Positions 1 through 15,140 are shown, numbered from the stretch's first letter. The stretch is 64,000 nt of DNA from Negaprion brevirostris (GCA_030324005.1 JARDVH010000025.1:117407395-117471394), one strand, 5' to 3'. The notes: generated by a model not told the origin, from the letters alone. Translations and numbers: made by a program.

Positions 1-277
1 TTTGAAGGCCTCCCACTTTCCATTTACATCCTTACCAGAGAACAGCCTGTGCCAATCCACACTTCCCAGATCCCTTCACATTTCATCAAATTTGGCCTTT
101 TTCCAGTTCAGAATGTCAACCCGAGGTCCAGATCTATCCTTATCCATGATCAGATTGAAACTAATGGCATTATGGTCACTTGATCGGAAGTGTTCCGTCA
201 CACTCACATCCATCACCTGCCCTAATTCATTTCCCAATAGGACATCCAATATCGCATCCTCTCTAGTTGGCACCTAA
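1..277 (-). mobile_element. CR1 LINE ORF2 fragment (endonuclease C-terminus)
   Basis: PTREDAILDVLLGN...SSDHNAISF...LNWKKAKF, typical CR1 APE region. Confidence 0.9.
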
Positions 278-328
278 TATATCCACCCTAATATATTACC
301 TGCATTACCCCCAATTCCATGAGACATT

Positions 329-463
329 GGCCGGAGTTCTCCAACCTTGCCTGCGGCTGGGATTCTCTGGTCTCGCTGCACAAAATGAAGATTTGGTTGA
401 GCGCCAAGTTTTCTGTTCTTGGTAGCAGCAGTGGCATGATATGCAAGACTGGAGGTTTCAGAC
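329..463. mobile_element. Short non-autonomous DNA-transposon-like repeat (MITE); related inverted copy at ~44806-44942
   Basis: Both copies translate to similar nonsense (MKIWLSAKFSVL / MEIWLNAKFSIL); ggccggagttctcc-type termini. Confidence 0.5.
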
Positions 464-465
464 AC

Positions 466-1140
466 TCATCATGTGTATTTTGTGTGGTATTCTATCAAAT
501 TTTTTTGGAAATCCAAGTGTACTACTTCTGCTGGGTCCCCTCTGTCTACCCTATTAGTTACATCCTCAAAACTTGCTAATAAATTTGTCAAACAAGACTT
601 CCCTTTCATAAAACCATAGTGACTTTGTCTAATTATAATATGATTTATAGGTGCATTTTTAAGACTTCCTTAATAATAAATGCCAGCATTTTCCTGATAA
701 CTGGTGTTAGGCTAAAAGGCCTGTAGTTCCCTATTTTCTCTCTCCCTTTCTTGAAGATCCATGTTACATTTACTAACTTTCAATCTGCTGGAACTATTCC
801 AGAATCTAGGGAATTTTAAAAAATATCTTAGTGCCATCTACCTACCTTGGTTCTGTAACCCTTAATACTCTTAACTAATAAAAATCTATTAATCTCAATT
901 TTGAATTTTGCAATTGATGGGAGAGATTTCCAGATTTCCTCTAACTTTTCTGTGTAGAACTGCTTCCTGAAATCACCCCCGCCCCCCCACCCCCCAAATA
1001 GCCTAGCTGTAACTTTAAGATTTTATCCCCTTGTTCTAGACTTCCCTGACAGGGGAATTAATTTGTCCCTATCTCCTCTATCAAATTCTTTTATCATCTT
1101 AAACATCTCAATTAAATCATCGCCCTTTAATCATCTTTGC
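466..1140 (-). mobile_element. Decayed CR1 fragments (RT N-terminal part and 3' region)
   Basis: Reverse of CR1 motifs HGF.KG.SC.TN and YRP.SLT; 3'-region fragment from ~860. Confidence 0.7.
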
Positions 1141-1430
1141 TTGNNNNNNNNNNNNNNNNNNNNNNNNNNNNNNNNNNNNNNNNNNNNNNNNNNNNNNNNN
1201 NNNNNNNNNNNNNNNNNNNNNNNNNNNNNNNNNNNNNNNNNNNAGATTACAAATCAAGCTGATGCTTGATTTAACCCTTTCAATCCCTGTATTCAGTTTT
1301 GATTCTAGAATAAGACTGTTAGGATATTCAACTCCATAGTATAATTTGGGATATTTTAATTGTACCAAAACAGCACTGTTGTCAAATCATCATACATTGA
1401 TGATTAACTGTGAGAAGGGACATATACTAT

Positions 1431-1856
<426 letters not shown>

Positions 1857-2215
1857 TTATGTAGTAGCATGGCTATGCCAACCTGATTAAACAATCCATG
1901 TCAAGAATTCTAGATTTCCACTAACCATTGTGTTGTGTTGCAAGGTCACTGACCTGAAATGTTAATTTTGTTTCTCTTCAAAAGTGGTGCTAACGCACTA
2001 TTTCCCACATTTTCTGTTATTACAATATTTATCTTAGTTGCAAAACAGAGCCACCCCTGCCCCCTTCTATTTTCATTGGTGCAGTCATTAACAATTTAAC
2101 TAGGTGAGTCAATCAGATCCACGATCAAGGATTCCTTCAAGCAAACGGACATCTGAAACNNNNNNNNNNNNNNNNNNNNNATAACAACTGTGGGGAATCT
2201 CATCAAAATTACTTA

Positions 2216-2347
<132 letters not shown>

Positions 2348-2431
2348 CTACATCCTCACTTTTTTCATTAAATATCCAACAGCTCTTTATCAATTTATAT
2401 TGTAAGTGGAATCTTTAATTTAAAAAATTGT

Positions 2432-2728
2432 TTTTTTTATTGTTTATTTACTACTGTCACAAGTAGGCTTACACTATCACTGCAATTAAGTTACAGTGAA
2501 AATCCCCTATTCGCCACACTCCGGTGCCTGTTTGGGTACACTGAGGGAAAATTTAGAGTGGCCAATGCACCTAACCAACATGTCTTTTGGACCTTTGGAG
2601 GAAACTGGGGTACTTGGAGGAAACCTAGACACGGGGAGAATGTGCAGACTCTGCACAGACAATGATGCAAGCTGGGTCCCTGGCACTATTGGTCGAGCGG
2701 TGGTAACCATTGTGCCACCGTGCCGCCC
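2432..2728 (-). mobile_element. V-SINE of the same subfamily as 1431-1720, opposite orientation
   Basis: Reverse complement begins gggcggcacggtggcacaatggtt and ends gtaagcctacttgtgacagtagtaaataaa. Confidence 0.88.
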
Positions 2729-2759
2729 AGTCAGCTGCAAAGATAATAAGTTCAAGCCT

Positions 2760-3230
2760 TAAGGATGTGATTGTAATAGAAAGGGTGTAGAGGAGATTCC
2801 CCAGCATCTTGCCTGGGCTAAAGTTTCGATAGGCTGGGGTTGTTTTCCTTGGAGCAGAAAAGGTTGAGGGGTGACCAAATTGAAGTGTACAAAATTATGA
2901 ATTGAAAGAAACTTTCCCCCTTAGTAGAGGAGTCAATAACAAGGGGNNNNNNNNNNNNNNNNNNNNNNGATTAAAGGAAAAACCTTTTCCTTTAAAAAGG
3001 AAAAACCTAGAAGGTGGTGGGAATTTGGAATTCACTGCCTAAAAGGCTAGTAGAGGCAAGAACCCTCACAACATTTAAGAAGCATTTAGATGAGCACTTG
3101 AAATGCCATAGCATACAAGACTATGGACCAAATGCTGAAAAATGGGATTAGAATAGGTAGGTGTTTGATGGCCGGCATAGACATGATGGCCTGAAGACCT
3201 CTTCCCTCTTTCTGCGCTGTAAAACTCTAT
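2760..3230 (+). mobile_element. CR1 3' fragment
   Basis: Decayed ERVQRRF...LGLFSLEQ.RLRGD motif followed by 3' UTR. Confidence 0.8.
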
Positions 3231-4169
3231 ATGCAGGATTTTAGGGCCTCGCTTGCCCCAAAACCGTAATATCCTACCTGAGGTCAACGAAACTCTCCAT
3301 GGTTCGCCCCTCTCCTGTTCCAATTCCCATGGCGGGCGGGACATAGAATTCCGGCTTATGACTCTATGATGTGAGTCAAACTTATTTTAGAGCACTTTAG
3401 ACTTGGAGGTGAATGGATCATGACTTCAAAACAATTAAATGGTTGGATAGCATCTCTATTAGTAGGTTATTCTAATTTAACAAGTTGCGGAGGAGCAGAG
3501 GGCAGGAGTTTAAACTGTGTAATACTAATAGACTGAATGTTGAGTTGTTCTTTTCCCAGAGACGTTAACACATTGCTGATTAGTATGATGGGTACTGACT
3601 CTTTGCATATTCTCAAGATGGAGCTAAACCAGTTCCTAACTGGGGTAGAGGTCATGTCATTCGGAAGGGTTTATAGATAAGACTTGCACCTCGCAATCTC
3701 CTGGGCTGATTTCAAATACCTGAGGAGTCTGGCCATTTTCTGGGGAAGAAGTTAAGTTTGAATTCCCTCATTGATTTTTTTGCTGACTACCTTATATTGA
3801 TAAGCTCTAGTTTTTCTCTTCTCCACACCGTGAAAACATTTGGGATGCGATTTTCCCACCCCACCATGCTGGTCGAGTAGCATAGTGAGGTGGAAAATTC
3901 CAGCCCTTTAACTCCCCCCTCCCCTCCCGCTGGTGTAAATGGCCTGATAGCCTCTGTGTTGTACAGAATGCTGTAAATTCATTTAACTAATCTTGTCCAA
4001 AGGTCAGGCTGGGAAACCTCCCATTGGGCACTTAGAACTTTTTGGGGGAAATCATGCCCTTGATCTGTGTGTACTCAATCAAAACCTTTCATAATTTAAA
4101 AAACTTCTATAGGTCACCCATAATCCTTCCCTTTTCAACAGGAAAGAGACCCAACATATAATATCCTAT

Positions 4170-4772
4170 GTTTTATTACTAGGACCATAGAGTACAAATC
4201 AAGGAGATTATGTTAAACCTGTAAAAAACACAGTTTGGTCTCAACTGGAGTGTTGGGTCCAGTTCTGGATACCACAATTTAGGAAGGATGCAAAGACATT
4301 AGAGAAGATGGAGAAAGGATTCATGAAAATGGTTCCATGAATGAAGAATTTCAGTTACAGAAGCAGATTGGAGAAATTGGAACTGCTTGCTTTAGACAAA
4401 AGGTTGAGAGGAGGAGATTCCTTCGAGGTATCCAAAATCATGAGTGGCCTGGACAGAAAAATCTGTTCCCATTGTTGGAAAGATCAAGCGCAAGTGGGCA
4501 CAGATTTAGTCTAATTGGCAAAAGAAACAATGGTGACATGAAGGAAAACCTTTTCATGCAGNNNNNNNNNNNNNNNNNNNNNNNNNNNNNNNNNNNNNNN
4601 NNNNNNNNNNNNNNNNNNNNNNNNNNNNNNNNNNNNNNNNNNNNNNNNNNNNNNNNNNNNNNNNNNNNNNNNNNNNNNNNNNNNNNNNNNNNNNNNNNNN
4701 NNNNNNNNNNTTTGGAGAGCTAGTACAATGAGCTAAATGGCCTCCTTCAATGCTGTAACCATTCTGCAATTC
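4170..4772 (+). mobile_element. CR1 3' fragment (contains gap)
   Basis: IEYKSKEIMLNL..QLECWVQFW.P.FRKD motif and CR1 tail. Confidence 0.8.
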
Positions 4773-4878
4773 ATTTAAGCTTCAACAATATTATTGTTCC
4801 AATTTATTTTGGTTGCTGACTTTACTTCCAGTGGCTTCCAAATTAGGTTTTTGCCCAAACATCCAATTAACAACTTAC

Positions 4879-4970
4879 CTTTACTGTGCCAATACATAAA
4901 GCATACAGCAGCGATACAGCAAGTAAACTGCGGGAAAAGCCATACAGTGATGAGATTAGCCCTGTCGCAG
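4879..4970 (-). CDS. PCNX2: PCNX2 exon (92 nt, phase 1->0): AATGLISSLYGFSRSLLAVSLLYALCIGTVK
   Basis: gtctttcag|CT acceptor, AAG|gtaagt donor; hydrophobic TM segment in the expected position. Confidence 0.93.
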
Positions 4971-5149
4971 CTGAAAGACACAGGTATTATGCATGTTATT
5001 TTATGGTTAAATGTCACAAATTCCTCCAAGCCAATAATCACCACGCCATCCCCTCTAGTTAACACAGGCTGCAAGTTCCTCGAAGGCCACATTTCCCCCT
5101 GTCCTGATGGAACAGAGGTGCATAAGTAAACCCAAGAGATAATAACCAA

Positions 5150-5686
5150 ATAGGCTTGAAAATTGCAAATGATTTGGAATGTAGATCAATGTGAGATAGT
5201 GCATTTTGGTAGGAAGAATAAAGAGATAATAAGTATCTAAATGGGGCACAGAAGCAGAGGGATATGAGAATGCTAATACACAAGTTCCTAAAAGCAGTAA
5301 TGCAGGGTAAGACAATAAAAAAATCAAACCTAGCACTGGAATTCATTTTCAGAGGGATAGAATTGAGAAATCAGAACTAATGCTAAACTTACAATGAATG
5401 TTTATTGGACCACACCTGGAGTTCTGCTCTTCATTTTATAAAAAAAACACTGGTGAAAGTACAAACAAAAAACAAGGATATGTTACAACTGGGATGTTAA
5501 AACTAATCAGCAAAGACTGAACAGGCTAGGGCTCTTTTCTCTAGAACCAAAAGTTGGCCTAATAAAAGTATCTTTAAATTATGAAAGGGTTTAATAGGAT
5601 AGACGTACATAAGTTATTTCCTTTTACAGTGAGAGCAAAACAAGAGGTCATAAATATAAGATAATCATTAATAAATCTAATGGAGG
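5150..5686 (+). mobile_element. CR1 fragment; its 3' UTR appears to resume at ~6134-6250
   Basis: Decayed KCEIVHFGRKN and GLFSLE motifs. Confidence 0.7.
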
Positions 5687-6133
5687 TATGATAACCTTCA
5701 CCAGGCCCTCTGGGAATTAATGACTGATCTTCCTGTGGGACTCATTGAGCATCAGTTCCCCGATAACAAAGTTAAGACTTGCTAGGCTAGAACTTAATAC
5801 CTTTTAGAAGGCTTGAGTAATAATGATGTTAGAGAGTAGAATGCAATTGGCTGAAGTATGTTATTAATGATTGATTTATGTTGAAGATGATTTGATCATA
5901 ACAGGGCTGGGAACATTACATTCGAGAAATGTATAATTGAACAATCCATGCATTTTAACTTCAGAGTTATATTGGAAAGCTGAGTCTTCCCTGTAGAGAG
6001 CATTGGACTGACCCATGTTATCTCTCCCTTCGATCGTTGGTTAATAAATATACGTCTTTAAACTGAGACACTTGCATGAGTCTGTATTGGCTGAAGTTTT
6101 GGCAATACTGAGCCTCCAGACAACCCTGCAACA
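5687..6133 (+). mobile_element. Putative solo LTR interrupting a CR1
   Basis: ~450 bp non-CR1 insert, T(A)TGA...GCAACA ends, TATA-like ~5932, AATAAA 6043-6048; no clean TSD. Confidence 0.4.
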
Positions 6134-7159
6134 CGGTGGATATGTTGATAGGATATGACATCAGATGGTAGGGGGCTCATGTGGAGCAAAAAAGACCTGC
6201 ATGGGTGTGTTCAGCTGAATGGTTTGTTTAGATGTTGTACATTCCCTGTGGCTCCATTTAAATAATCTAACATCAAATACACAAAGTCAGTTCACAATTA
6301 AATTGCACACACGATATACTGGAAACGACTNNNNNNNNNNNNNNNNNNNNNNNNNNNNNNNNNNNNNNNNNNNNNNNNNNNNNNNNNNNNNNNNNNNNNN
6401 NNNNNNNNNNNNNNNNNNNNNNNNNNNNNNAAACGACTTCCGTTTGATGACAGAGAAATCACATTGATTACATATTCTTATTGGATTAACTAGGAATAAT
6501 TCTCTGTATTTTCCAATTATCCACTGCCTGTACTTTATTACTTGCCTAATAACAGAGAAGGGATAAATCAGTTAGTCCCAGCAGTAATAACCCAAGTCAA
6601 ATGAGACATTATGATGCTGACTGCTTGCAGTTTGGAAGTAGCCCTGATTAAAATTAGAAGCAGCAACTGGGGAGGGAGGGGATGGTGTTCAGGCAATAAG
6701 CTGAGGAAAGAAATGATACAGGCATTAATTCTGGCATTACAGGCTAATGGGGAAAACAGGAGAAGAGTAGTGATAGTTCTTTAGAGTTCAAAACAATGAA
6801 AGATGCTGTGATATAACAAACTTCTGAAGCCTACAGAATACAAGTGATTCATTAAATTGTTGCTATACTTTAGGAAGATGTAGGATGATTTGACAGATGT
6901 TCGTAAAATAATGAAGGAACTAGATAATGTTAATCAGAACCAATTATTTTGTCTGATGATGCTTGGGAGCAGCAGGGGTAATCCTTATACATTATGCAAA
7001 GACATATTTAGGCTCTATGTTAGGTGATTGTTTTTCTATTCTGAGAATAATGGACCCCTGGAGCAGGCTGTCAGCTGGCACGGTGAACACCAATGCACTG
7101 GATTCCTTCAAGAGAGAGTCAGATCTGTTTCAGGATAGAATGGAAAGGTTGGAATCATT

Positions 7160-7480
7160 TTTCAAATTCATTTATGGGACATGGGCATTGCTGGCTAGGC
7201 AAGCATTTATTGCCCATCTCTAATTGCCCTGAGTAGGTGCTGGTGAGCTGCCTCCTTGAATGCTGCAGTCCCTGTGGTGTTTGTATATCCACATTGCTGT
7301 TAGGAAGGGAGTTCTAGGATTTTGACCAAGTGACTGAAAGAATGTTAAGAGGGTGAGTGAATTGGAGGGGATCTTCCAAGTCATGGTTTTCCAAGGTATC
7401 TGCTGTTCTTATTTTTCCAGATGGCAGCATTCATGGGTTTGGAAGGTACTGTCTAAGGAGTCTGGATGAGTTTCTGGCAG
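7160..7480 (-). mobile_element. 3' end of a LINE-like repeat; related pieces at ~21130-21560 and ~59480-59590
   Basis: Shared gctgg....cagcatttattgccc..ccctaattgccc...ggtggtgagc with the 59500 region. Confidence 0.55.
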
Positions 7481-8351
7481 TGTAAATCAGGGTCAGAGAA
7501 ATCTTTGGGACTAAAGGTATGTTTACATTTATTTTCACTGTAGTTGGCCAAAGTTTTAACTGTTCTCTCATCTCTCCCAGGAGATCACATGCTTACTGAT
7601 GGGATGTATTATAAAGTAAAGCATTACAGCTATGTATGACAGGTTGGATAAACCCAAGGGTTTCTTCCTGTCCATTATTCTCATATATCCACATACTTAG
7701 AACAAATCACCAGCAGAATATGTATATTAGAGGTCACACAGTACATAAACAATAAATAAGGGCCACATCTCTCTTACATTATCCCTATAGTAATGACTGC
7801 AAGTTTGCAAAGACAGGGATTGCACAACAGGCAACAANNNNNNNNNNNNNNNNNNNNNNNNNNNNNNNNNNNNNNNNNNNNNNNNNNNNNNNNNNNNNNN
7901 NNNNNNNNNNNNNNNNNNNNNNNNNNNNNNNNNNNNNGCAACAACATGTATCACACTAGATATTTGGTGACAGTTTGCACTGAGTGATGATTCTATGCTG
8001 AGGTCCCATAACACAGCTGTTAGCACTTGCATTATCAGTGTGAATACTGGGGCACAAAGGGCATCTCAGCAGCGTCCATTCATGCCCTCCACACTAAAAT
8101 CCACACAGCTGCCCTTCTAGCAGGACTTGCTCAGTGCTAACTAAGACCAAGATATCAAATTTCCTCTCCTTAGGCCATGGCACCCTATATTTACCTATCA
8201 AAAGAGGTGGTGTGCTATTTAAACAGATTGGTGGAAAATTTATTAAAATCGCATGGAAACCAAAAACAATTAGTACTTGCTTTAAACATGCATCTTAAAT
8301 TAGATCCCATCCAGGAATATACATTTCAGCCTGAAATATTTGATGTTTTTA

Positions 8352-9039
<688 letters not shown>

Positions 9040-9484
9040 CAGGGTTTTTCAAATTTGGATCGTAACCCACCACATTGAAAATGGGTTGCCAGGTACCCTG
9101 TTTAAAAAAACATGCAAAGTCTTGAGGCCCTTTTCAAAATAAGGGCGAGATGTGTTCAAAACATTGGGAGATGTTCTGTGATCCTGTTCAAAAGAAAAAC
9201 AGGATGTTTTGTTTATAACACACAATTTGTAGAAGGCGATATGGCAAAGAGGATCTCTCAATACAGACAGTGACACAGTCAGCTTGAAGAGGAAAAGCTG
9301 AGTATTGCCAGATAGAATTCAAGTAATATGCACTTTATGAAAAGAAAAGGTAAGACGGTGTATTTTTAAATGTACAGTAAATCCCGTTTAGATTGCAACT
9401 GCAGCAGTTTGCCTGGTCAGTGGAACACGAGGGGTGGCCATTTTGTAAAAGTGTGTCACTGGAAAATAAGTTTGAAAACAATTG
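9040..9484. mobile_element. hAT/Charlie-type MITE inserted in the minisatellite
   Basis: Termini cagggtttttcaaattt / aagtttgaaaacaattg (12/17 inverted match); degenerate 8-bp flanks gaataaag / gaatagaa. Confidence 0.6.
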
Positions 9485-10774
9485 GAATAGAAGACACAGC
9501 AAGGGAAACAGGAGAGAGGACACAACCATAGCAACAGGAAGAGAGGACATATCAAGGACAATAGTGGCAAGGACACAGGAAAGAGGCAAAGTGAGAACAA
9601 CATCACAGAGAAAATTGCAAGGGCAACAGGAGGGAGAACACAGTGAGGGCAACAGTAATAGAATCATAGAACAACACAGGAAGAGCTCATTCTGACTGAT
9701 GGTCCCTGTGTATTGGCCCTTTAAAAAACTGTCCAATTTAGTTCCACATAAACTAGCCTTTTCCCCATAACCCAGAAAATTAGGACTCTTCAAGTACATA
9801 CCCAATTGCCTTTAAATGTTCCAATGACATACTTCTATAAATATTTTTCAGCAGTGGTCACTGGATGGCAATCAGGACGAGGAACAGTAGATGTTCTTTG
9901 TACGTGTACACAACCCGAGGGCCAACACATATAGCTCAAATATATCTCTTTTCAGCTGAGATCAATTTGCTTAGTCCAGTGCAGGAGTTAACCCAGGACC
10001 TTTCTGGTTTGTTTGGACCAGTATTATATCAGACAGTGCAACTAAGTACTATATATAGCACTTTAATTTATTGATGCAACTGAGAAAATACAGCAAGTGT
10101 TTATTTGAAATCTGTCAGCTCATACCAAAATATTCCCTAAGTAATCATAACATTACTGATGCTCAGCAGCTGTTAATGGCCCCAGGCCCATTCCTTTGTT
10201 CAATAATATCTGCATTGTCAGTTAATACCGATGAAGAAATAGTTGCCATGGGTATGTGGAACAGTGAATAACCAAGGAAAATGATTATTGTTTGTAGAAA
10301 GAGAAATTAATGCTTGATTTGCAAAGCCATAAGAGGACAAATAAGTAAAATAGATTGTAATTTTGTGAGTTCATCCTCTTTACAGTTGAGACCTGAGATT
10401 TTGAGATGTGCTAATAGAATTATGAGAAACTCGAGATAAATACAACAATGGTCTGTAATTTATGAGATCAATAGCTGTATTGTAGGGGATTCTAGGGAAT
10501 AGAGGCACAGTAAGGGCAATGGGAATAGAAGACACAGCGAAGGCAGCAGGATTAGTGGAGACAGTGAGGGCGACAAGAGAAAATAAAATAAGGGCAACAG
10601 GAATAGTGGACAGAGCAAGGGCAGTAGAAATTGGGGAGGACAGTGTGGGAATACAGGTTACAACAAGGGAAAAGGAACAGAAAACACAGTTTCAACAATT
10701 TATCTTCACTGTTCCATTATATGAAATACTAAGGGAGTGCTGCACTGTCAGAGGGACAGTACTGTGAAGTGCTA

Positions 10775-12085
10775 GAACATAAGAAACAGAAGCAGGATTG
10801 AACATTTGGCTCCTTCAAGCCTGCTCTGCCATTCAATAAGATTGTGGCTGATCTGTCTGTGGCTTTAACTCCACTCTCCTGCCTGACCCCAGACCCTATG
10901 CCTCGTTTATAGATCAAAACTCTGTCTAATTCAGCCTTGAATATATTCAATGACTCACTGCTTTCTGGGATAGTGAATTTCAAAGATTAATGACCCTCAG
11001 AGAAGAAATCCCTCCTCATTTACAGCTTAAATAGGAGACCTCCTATTTTGAAGCCATGTCCCCTGGTTCTAGATTCCTTCATAAGGGGAAACATCCTTTC
11101 AGCATCTATCCTAACAAGCCCTTTCAGAATCCTATTTCAATTAGGTTATTATTGTTTCAATAAGGTCATCTTATGTTTTTATACTCCAATGCTTATGGAC
11201 CCAGTCTACACAGCCTTTCCTCAAGATAACCTCTTCATCCCAAGAAACAACTTGGTGAATATTCTTTGAACTGCCTCCAATGAAAGGAGGCTAAAAATAA
11301 TATGCATTGCTCCAGATGTGGTCCAAGCAATGCCCAGCACAGATGTAACAAGGTTTCCCAACTTTTAGACACTATTCCCCTTGCAACAAAAGCCAACATT
11401 CCATTTAATTTCCCAATTACTTGCTGTCCCTGGATGTTAACTTTTTGTGCTTCATGTATGGAGACTCCCAGATCCTTCTACGTTCACAGCATTCTGCAGT
11501 CTCTCTATATTCAAATATTCTGCTTTTCTATTCTACCCATCAAAGTGGACAATTTCACATTTTCCCACATATATTCCAAGAGCAGATTTTTTATATCACT
11601 TTGCAGATTCTTCATGTCCCCCTTACAACTTGTTTTCTTATCTGTCTTTATATCATCAGCAAATATTGCTAAAATATACCAGATCCCTTCATTCAAGTCA
11701 TTAATATAGATCATAAATAGTTCATTTCTGCAGCTCCACAATACAGTTTGCCAATCTGAATGTGATCTATTTATTCCAACTACCTGTTCCCCGTTAGTTA
11801 GCCAATATTTTATCCACGACAGTATATTACCTCCAAAACCATGAGTTCACATCTTCTGTAAAACCTTTTACATCACACCATATGAAACGCCTTTTAAAAA
11901 TCCAAATATACCATATAATGAATTACCCTGAATCTACCTGGCTTGTTGCAACCTCAAAGAACCCTAATAAATTTGTCAAAGATGATTTCCCTTTCATATA
12001 AATATATTGATTTTGGTTGACTGTATTATGATTTTCTAAATGTTCTGCTCTACTTCCTTAATAATGGATTCTAGCATTTTTCCAT
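10775..12085 (-). mobile_element. CR1 LINE 3' portion (RT to tail), decayed
   Basis: LFMIYINDLNEGI...FADDIK; tail agaacataagaaacagaagcagg. Confidence 0.88.
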
Positions 12086-12534
12086 GGTTGCGTTTATTTG
12101 TACCGTGATAGTAGCCTAGCACATCCTACACATGTGCAGATGCATTGCACTGATAGGAGTTAGTGGGCAGAATTTTCTGGATGGTGAGCACTGTAATCCA
12201 TTCCTACAAAATCTCAGAAGCCCATTGTCATTTCATGCTCAACTGAGTTCTGACTGGCAGTGGGTAAAACTTCCAGGGGGGAATAATGTCCATTTAATTT
12301 TAGACTCTCCCTGCCTTTCTCATACCCCCCCACCCCAGGGAAGTGTAAATTCCTGCCCAGTGTTTCAATGGGCCAAATGGCCTGCTCTGCTTCTATTTCT
12401 TATGATTTTATATTTCACAGTTGTATGGGCCTGGCTGAAATGGTTCATATGATTTGTCCTGTCATCATTATTTGAATGTGCTTGAATATTTATTTTAATG
12501 AACAGGGATTCATACCAAGTTTCATTCACTCCAG

Positions 12535-12960
12535 AGATGCTGATCAACACTGACTCCTGGCTGGCATTCCCTCAATTTTAAAATTCTCATCCTTGTTTTC
12601 AATTCCTTCAATGGCCTCACCCCTCCTTATTTCAGTAACCATCTCTAACTCTGCAACCATCCAGGATCTATGTGCTTCTTCATTTTGAAATCCTGAGCAT
12701 CCCAAATTTTAATCATCCCATTGTGACTACAGCTGCCAAGAGCCTACGATTCCTCCCTAAACTTTTCTGCCTCATTGGTTCTCTCTTCCTTTAAGACCCT
12801 CCTTAAAACCAACATTTCTGATTAAGCTTTTGGTTATCTGTCATAATATCTCCTTATATGACTCAGTGGCAAATTTTGTTTGATAACACTGTGCGAGTTG
12901 CCTTGGGTCTACAGTTACTACATTAAAAACACTATATAAATGCACATTGTTATTGTTGAA
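12535..12960 (+). mobile_element. L2-clade LINE 3' end; similar pieces at ~16750-17190, ~29150-29450, ~33700-34010
   Basis: tttaaaattctcatccttgttttc (FKILILVF) and tail ..actatataaatgc..ttgttattgttg shared with 50290-51270. Confidence 0.7.
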
Positions 12961-13789
12961 CATGATAAGTCACGTTATGCTTCCAGGACATTGTGTACAC
13001 ATATGGTTGGTGATCTGGGATTTGTTGCCACCAAGAGCAGATGGCACACATTTGCACAAATATTTGCAGATCCACCCTATGAATCATTGAAGATTATTCT
13101 GAACAAACAAAAATAAAATTCTGGACAAGATGCACTTCATCTGGTTTTGTTTCATTTTCTGGGCATAATTTCTATTGACTCCGGTCACAAAGAACTCTCT
13201 GCACTTCCCTAAGGGATGTCAGTTCGTATCGCTTTTGCCGAAGGAAAGAATGTTATTGATTTCCTCAAGAAAAATCCTTTCACATACGTCTCTATGTGAA
13301 TCCCAACTCAACTTATCTTAGAGAGTTCACACTAAAAATAAAACCCTAATCTGACACGTCATTTGGCTGTACAAAAATATTATCTTGTTTCTGTGGAGAG
13401 TTAAATGGACATCAGCTTGTCCTCTTACCTAAGGCTACAGATAATAGTGAATGCAACAAAATTAGATCCATAGAGTTGGCAAGAATGTTACATACAGCTT
13501 GTAGCAACACATAAGAAATGACAGGCACTAGTTCCCAATAATAGCATACATATCTCTGGCTGTTAGGCATATCTAGTGAGCTATTATCTAAGACATATAT
13601 AGTTCCACCTTGGCATTTCCCCAGTTCTTTCTGCACTGGGCTGTTTAATAATCTCAAAGGTGATAAGCAGTCAGAATCAGGGCATGCATTTTTAAACCGA
13701 TTCTTTTGCTCAGTAGTAGCACTCTCAAATCCATAATCAGCTGATTTATTGACAAACAGGATTCCAAATAAAGACTGAAATTCTCGCAA

Positions 13790-14115
13790 TATATTGAGAG
13801 ACTGCTGCACTGTTGGAGGTGCCATCTTTCAAATCAGGTGCCGATGAAAGGTTTCGCAGCCATTATTCACTGAAGTGCAGAGGAGCCCTGTCTGATGTCT
13901 AGTTAATAATTATCCCTCAACAAACGAATAATCTGGTCATTATAACATTAACGTTAAGTTGGGAGCTTGCTATGCCCAAACTGCCTTCTGCATTTACTAC
14001 ATTACAATAATGACTACACTTCAAAACAGCATGTCATCATTGGCTGTTCAGTATTTTTGAATGTACTGAGGGAGGAAAAGATGCTATATAAATGCATGGC
14101 AGTCTTTCTTTCTTA
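13790..14115 (+). mobile_element. Deu-domain SINE (SacSINE1-like)
   Basis: gctgcactgttggaggtgccatctttc, atctggtcatt, acattacaa..tgactacacttcaaaa, tail gctatataaatgc..tctttctttc. Confidence 0.7.
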
Positions 14116-14280
14116 GTTCTTCCTTTTATTCTTTCTTTCATCAATTTGGAGCAATGCATTTATAAACATTTTCTGAATGAAGGTGTGAGCAAAGAGACCA
14201 GAGCTTTCTAATGATTACTGCAGTAAGCACTTTAACCAGCAGTTTAATGGTTAAACTGTCAATTATACGTATTGACTCAC

Positions 14281-14452
14281 CTATAATAAAATCTCTGGCA
14301 GCAGCAAAGTTTTCTGGAGATATTAATCTGATTCCATAGAGAGTAGAAGTTGGAAGTCGAGTGCATTTACTCCCAAGATCCAAAACCCACACAAGGCTAC
14401 AGCAGATGGAAAAATAAATCGATCTGCTGTATGCAACAGTTCTATTGTGTCC
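14281..14452 (-). CDS. PCNX2: PCNX2 exon (172 nt, phase 0->1): GHNRTVAYSRSIYFSICC...AAARDFII
   Basis: tctcccag|GGA acceptor, ATAG|gtgagt donor; conserved GHN...YSR..YF. Confidence 0.96.
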
Positions 14453-14489
14453 CTGGGAGAAACATTGTGGGAAAAAAAAAGTATACATG

Positions 14490-15140
14490 ATCTTAGGTTT
14501 TAATAACAGGAATAGAATACAAAAGCAAGGACATTATGCTGAACTTATATAAAGCACAAATCACAGGAGTATTGTGTTCAGTTCTGGGCATCCCACATTA
14601 AGAAGGATAGACAAGGCCTTGGAAAGGGAGTAAAGGAGATTGATTACAATTGTACCAAGAATGAGTTTTCTGGCGAAGCTGGGATTATTCCCCTTAGAGC
14701 AGATGAGATTCAATGGTGATTTAACAGAAGCATTCAAAATTTCTGAGGGGTTTTAATAGACCCTTTGTCCTCTCAGACGAGACATTCCAATTAATCCCAA
14801 TTTCCCAATCTTTCCAAAGTCCTGTAATACTTTCCACTTCAAGTATTTATCTAATTCCCTTTTCAAAGTTACCATTACATATTTCCAGCACCCTTTCAAA
14901 CAAAGCATTCCAGATTGTAACAATTCACTGCATTAAAAAAACCCTTTTCATGTCATCCCTGGTTCATTTGCCAATTATTTTAAAGCTGTGTCATTTGGTT
15001 TCCAACCCACTTGTCATAAGAAATAATTTCCCTCTACCTACTCTGTCAAAACCCCTCAACAGTTTGAACATCTCTATTCTGTACTCCCTTAACTTCACCT
15101 ATTCCAATGTCAACAATCCCGATTTCTTTGGTCTCTCTAA
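14490..15140. mobile_element. Two CR1 fragments (+ strand 14490-14760, - strand 14800-15140)
   Basis: IEYKSKDIMLNLYK motif on +; reverse CR1 3' region after it. Confidence 0.7.
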
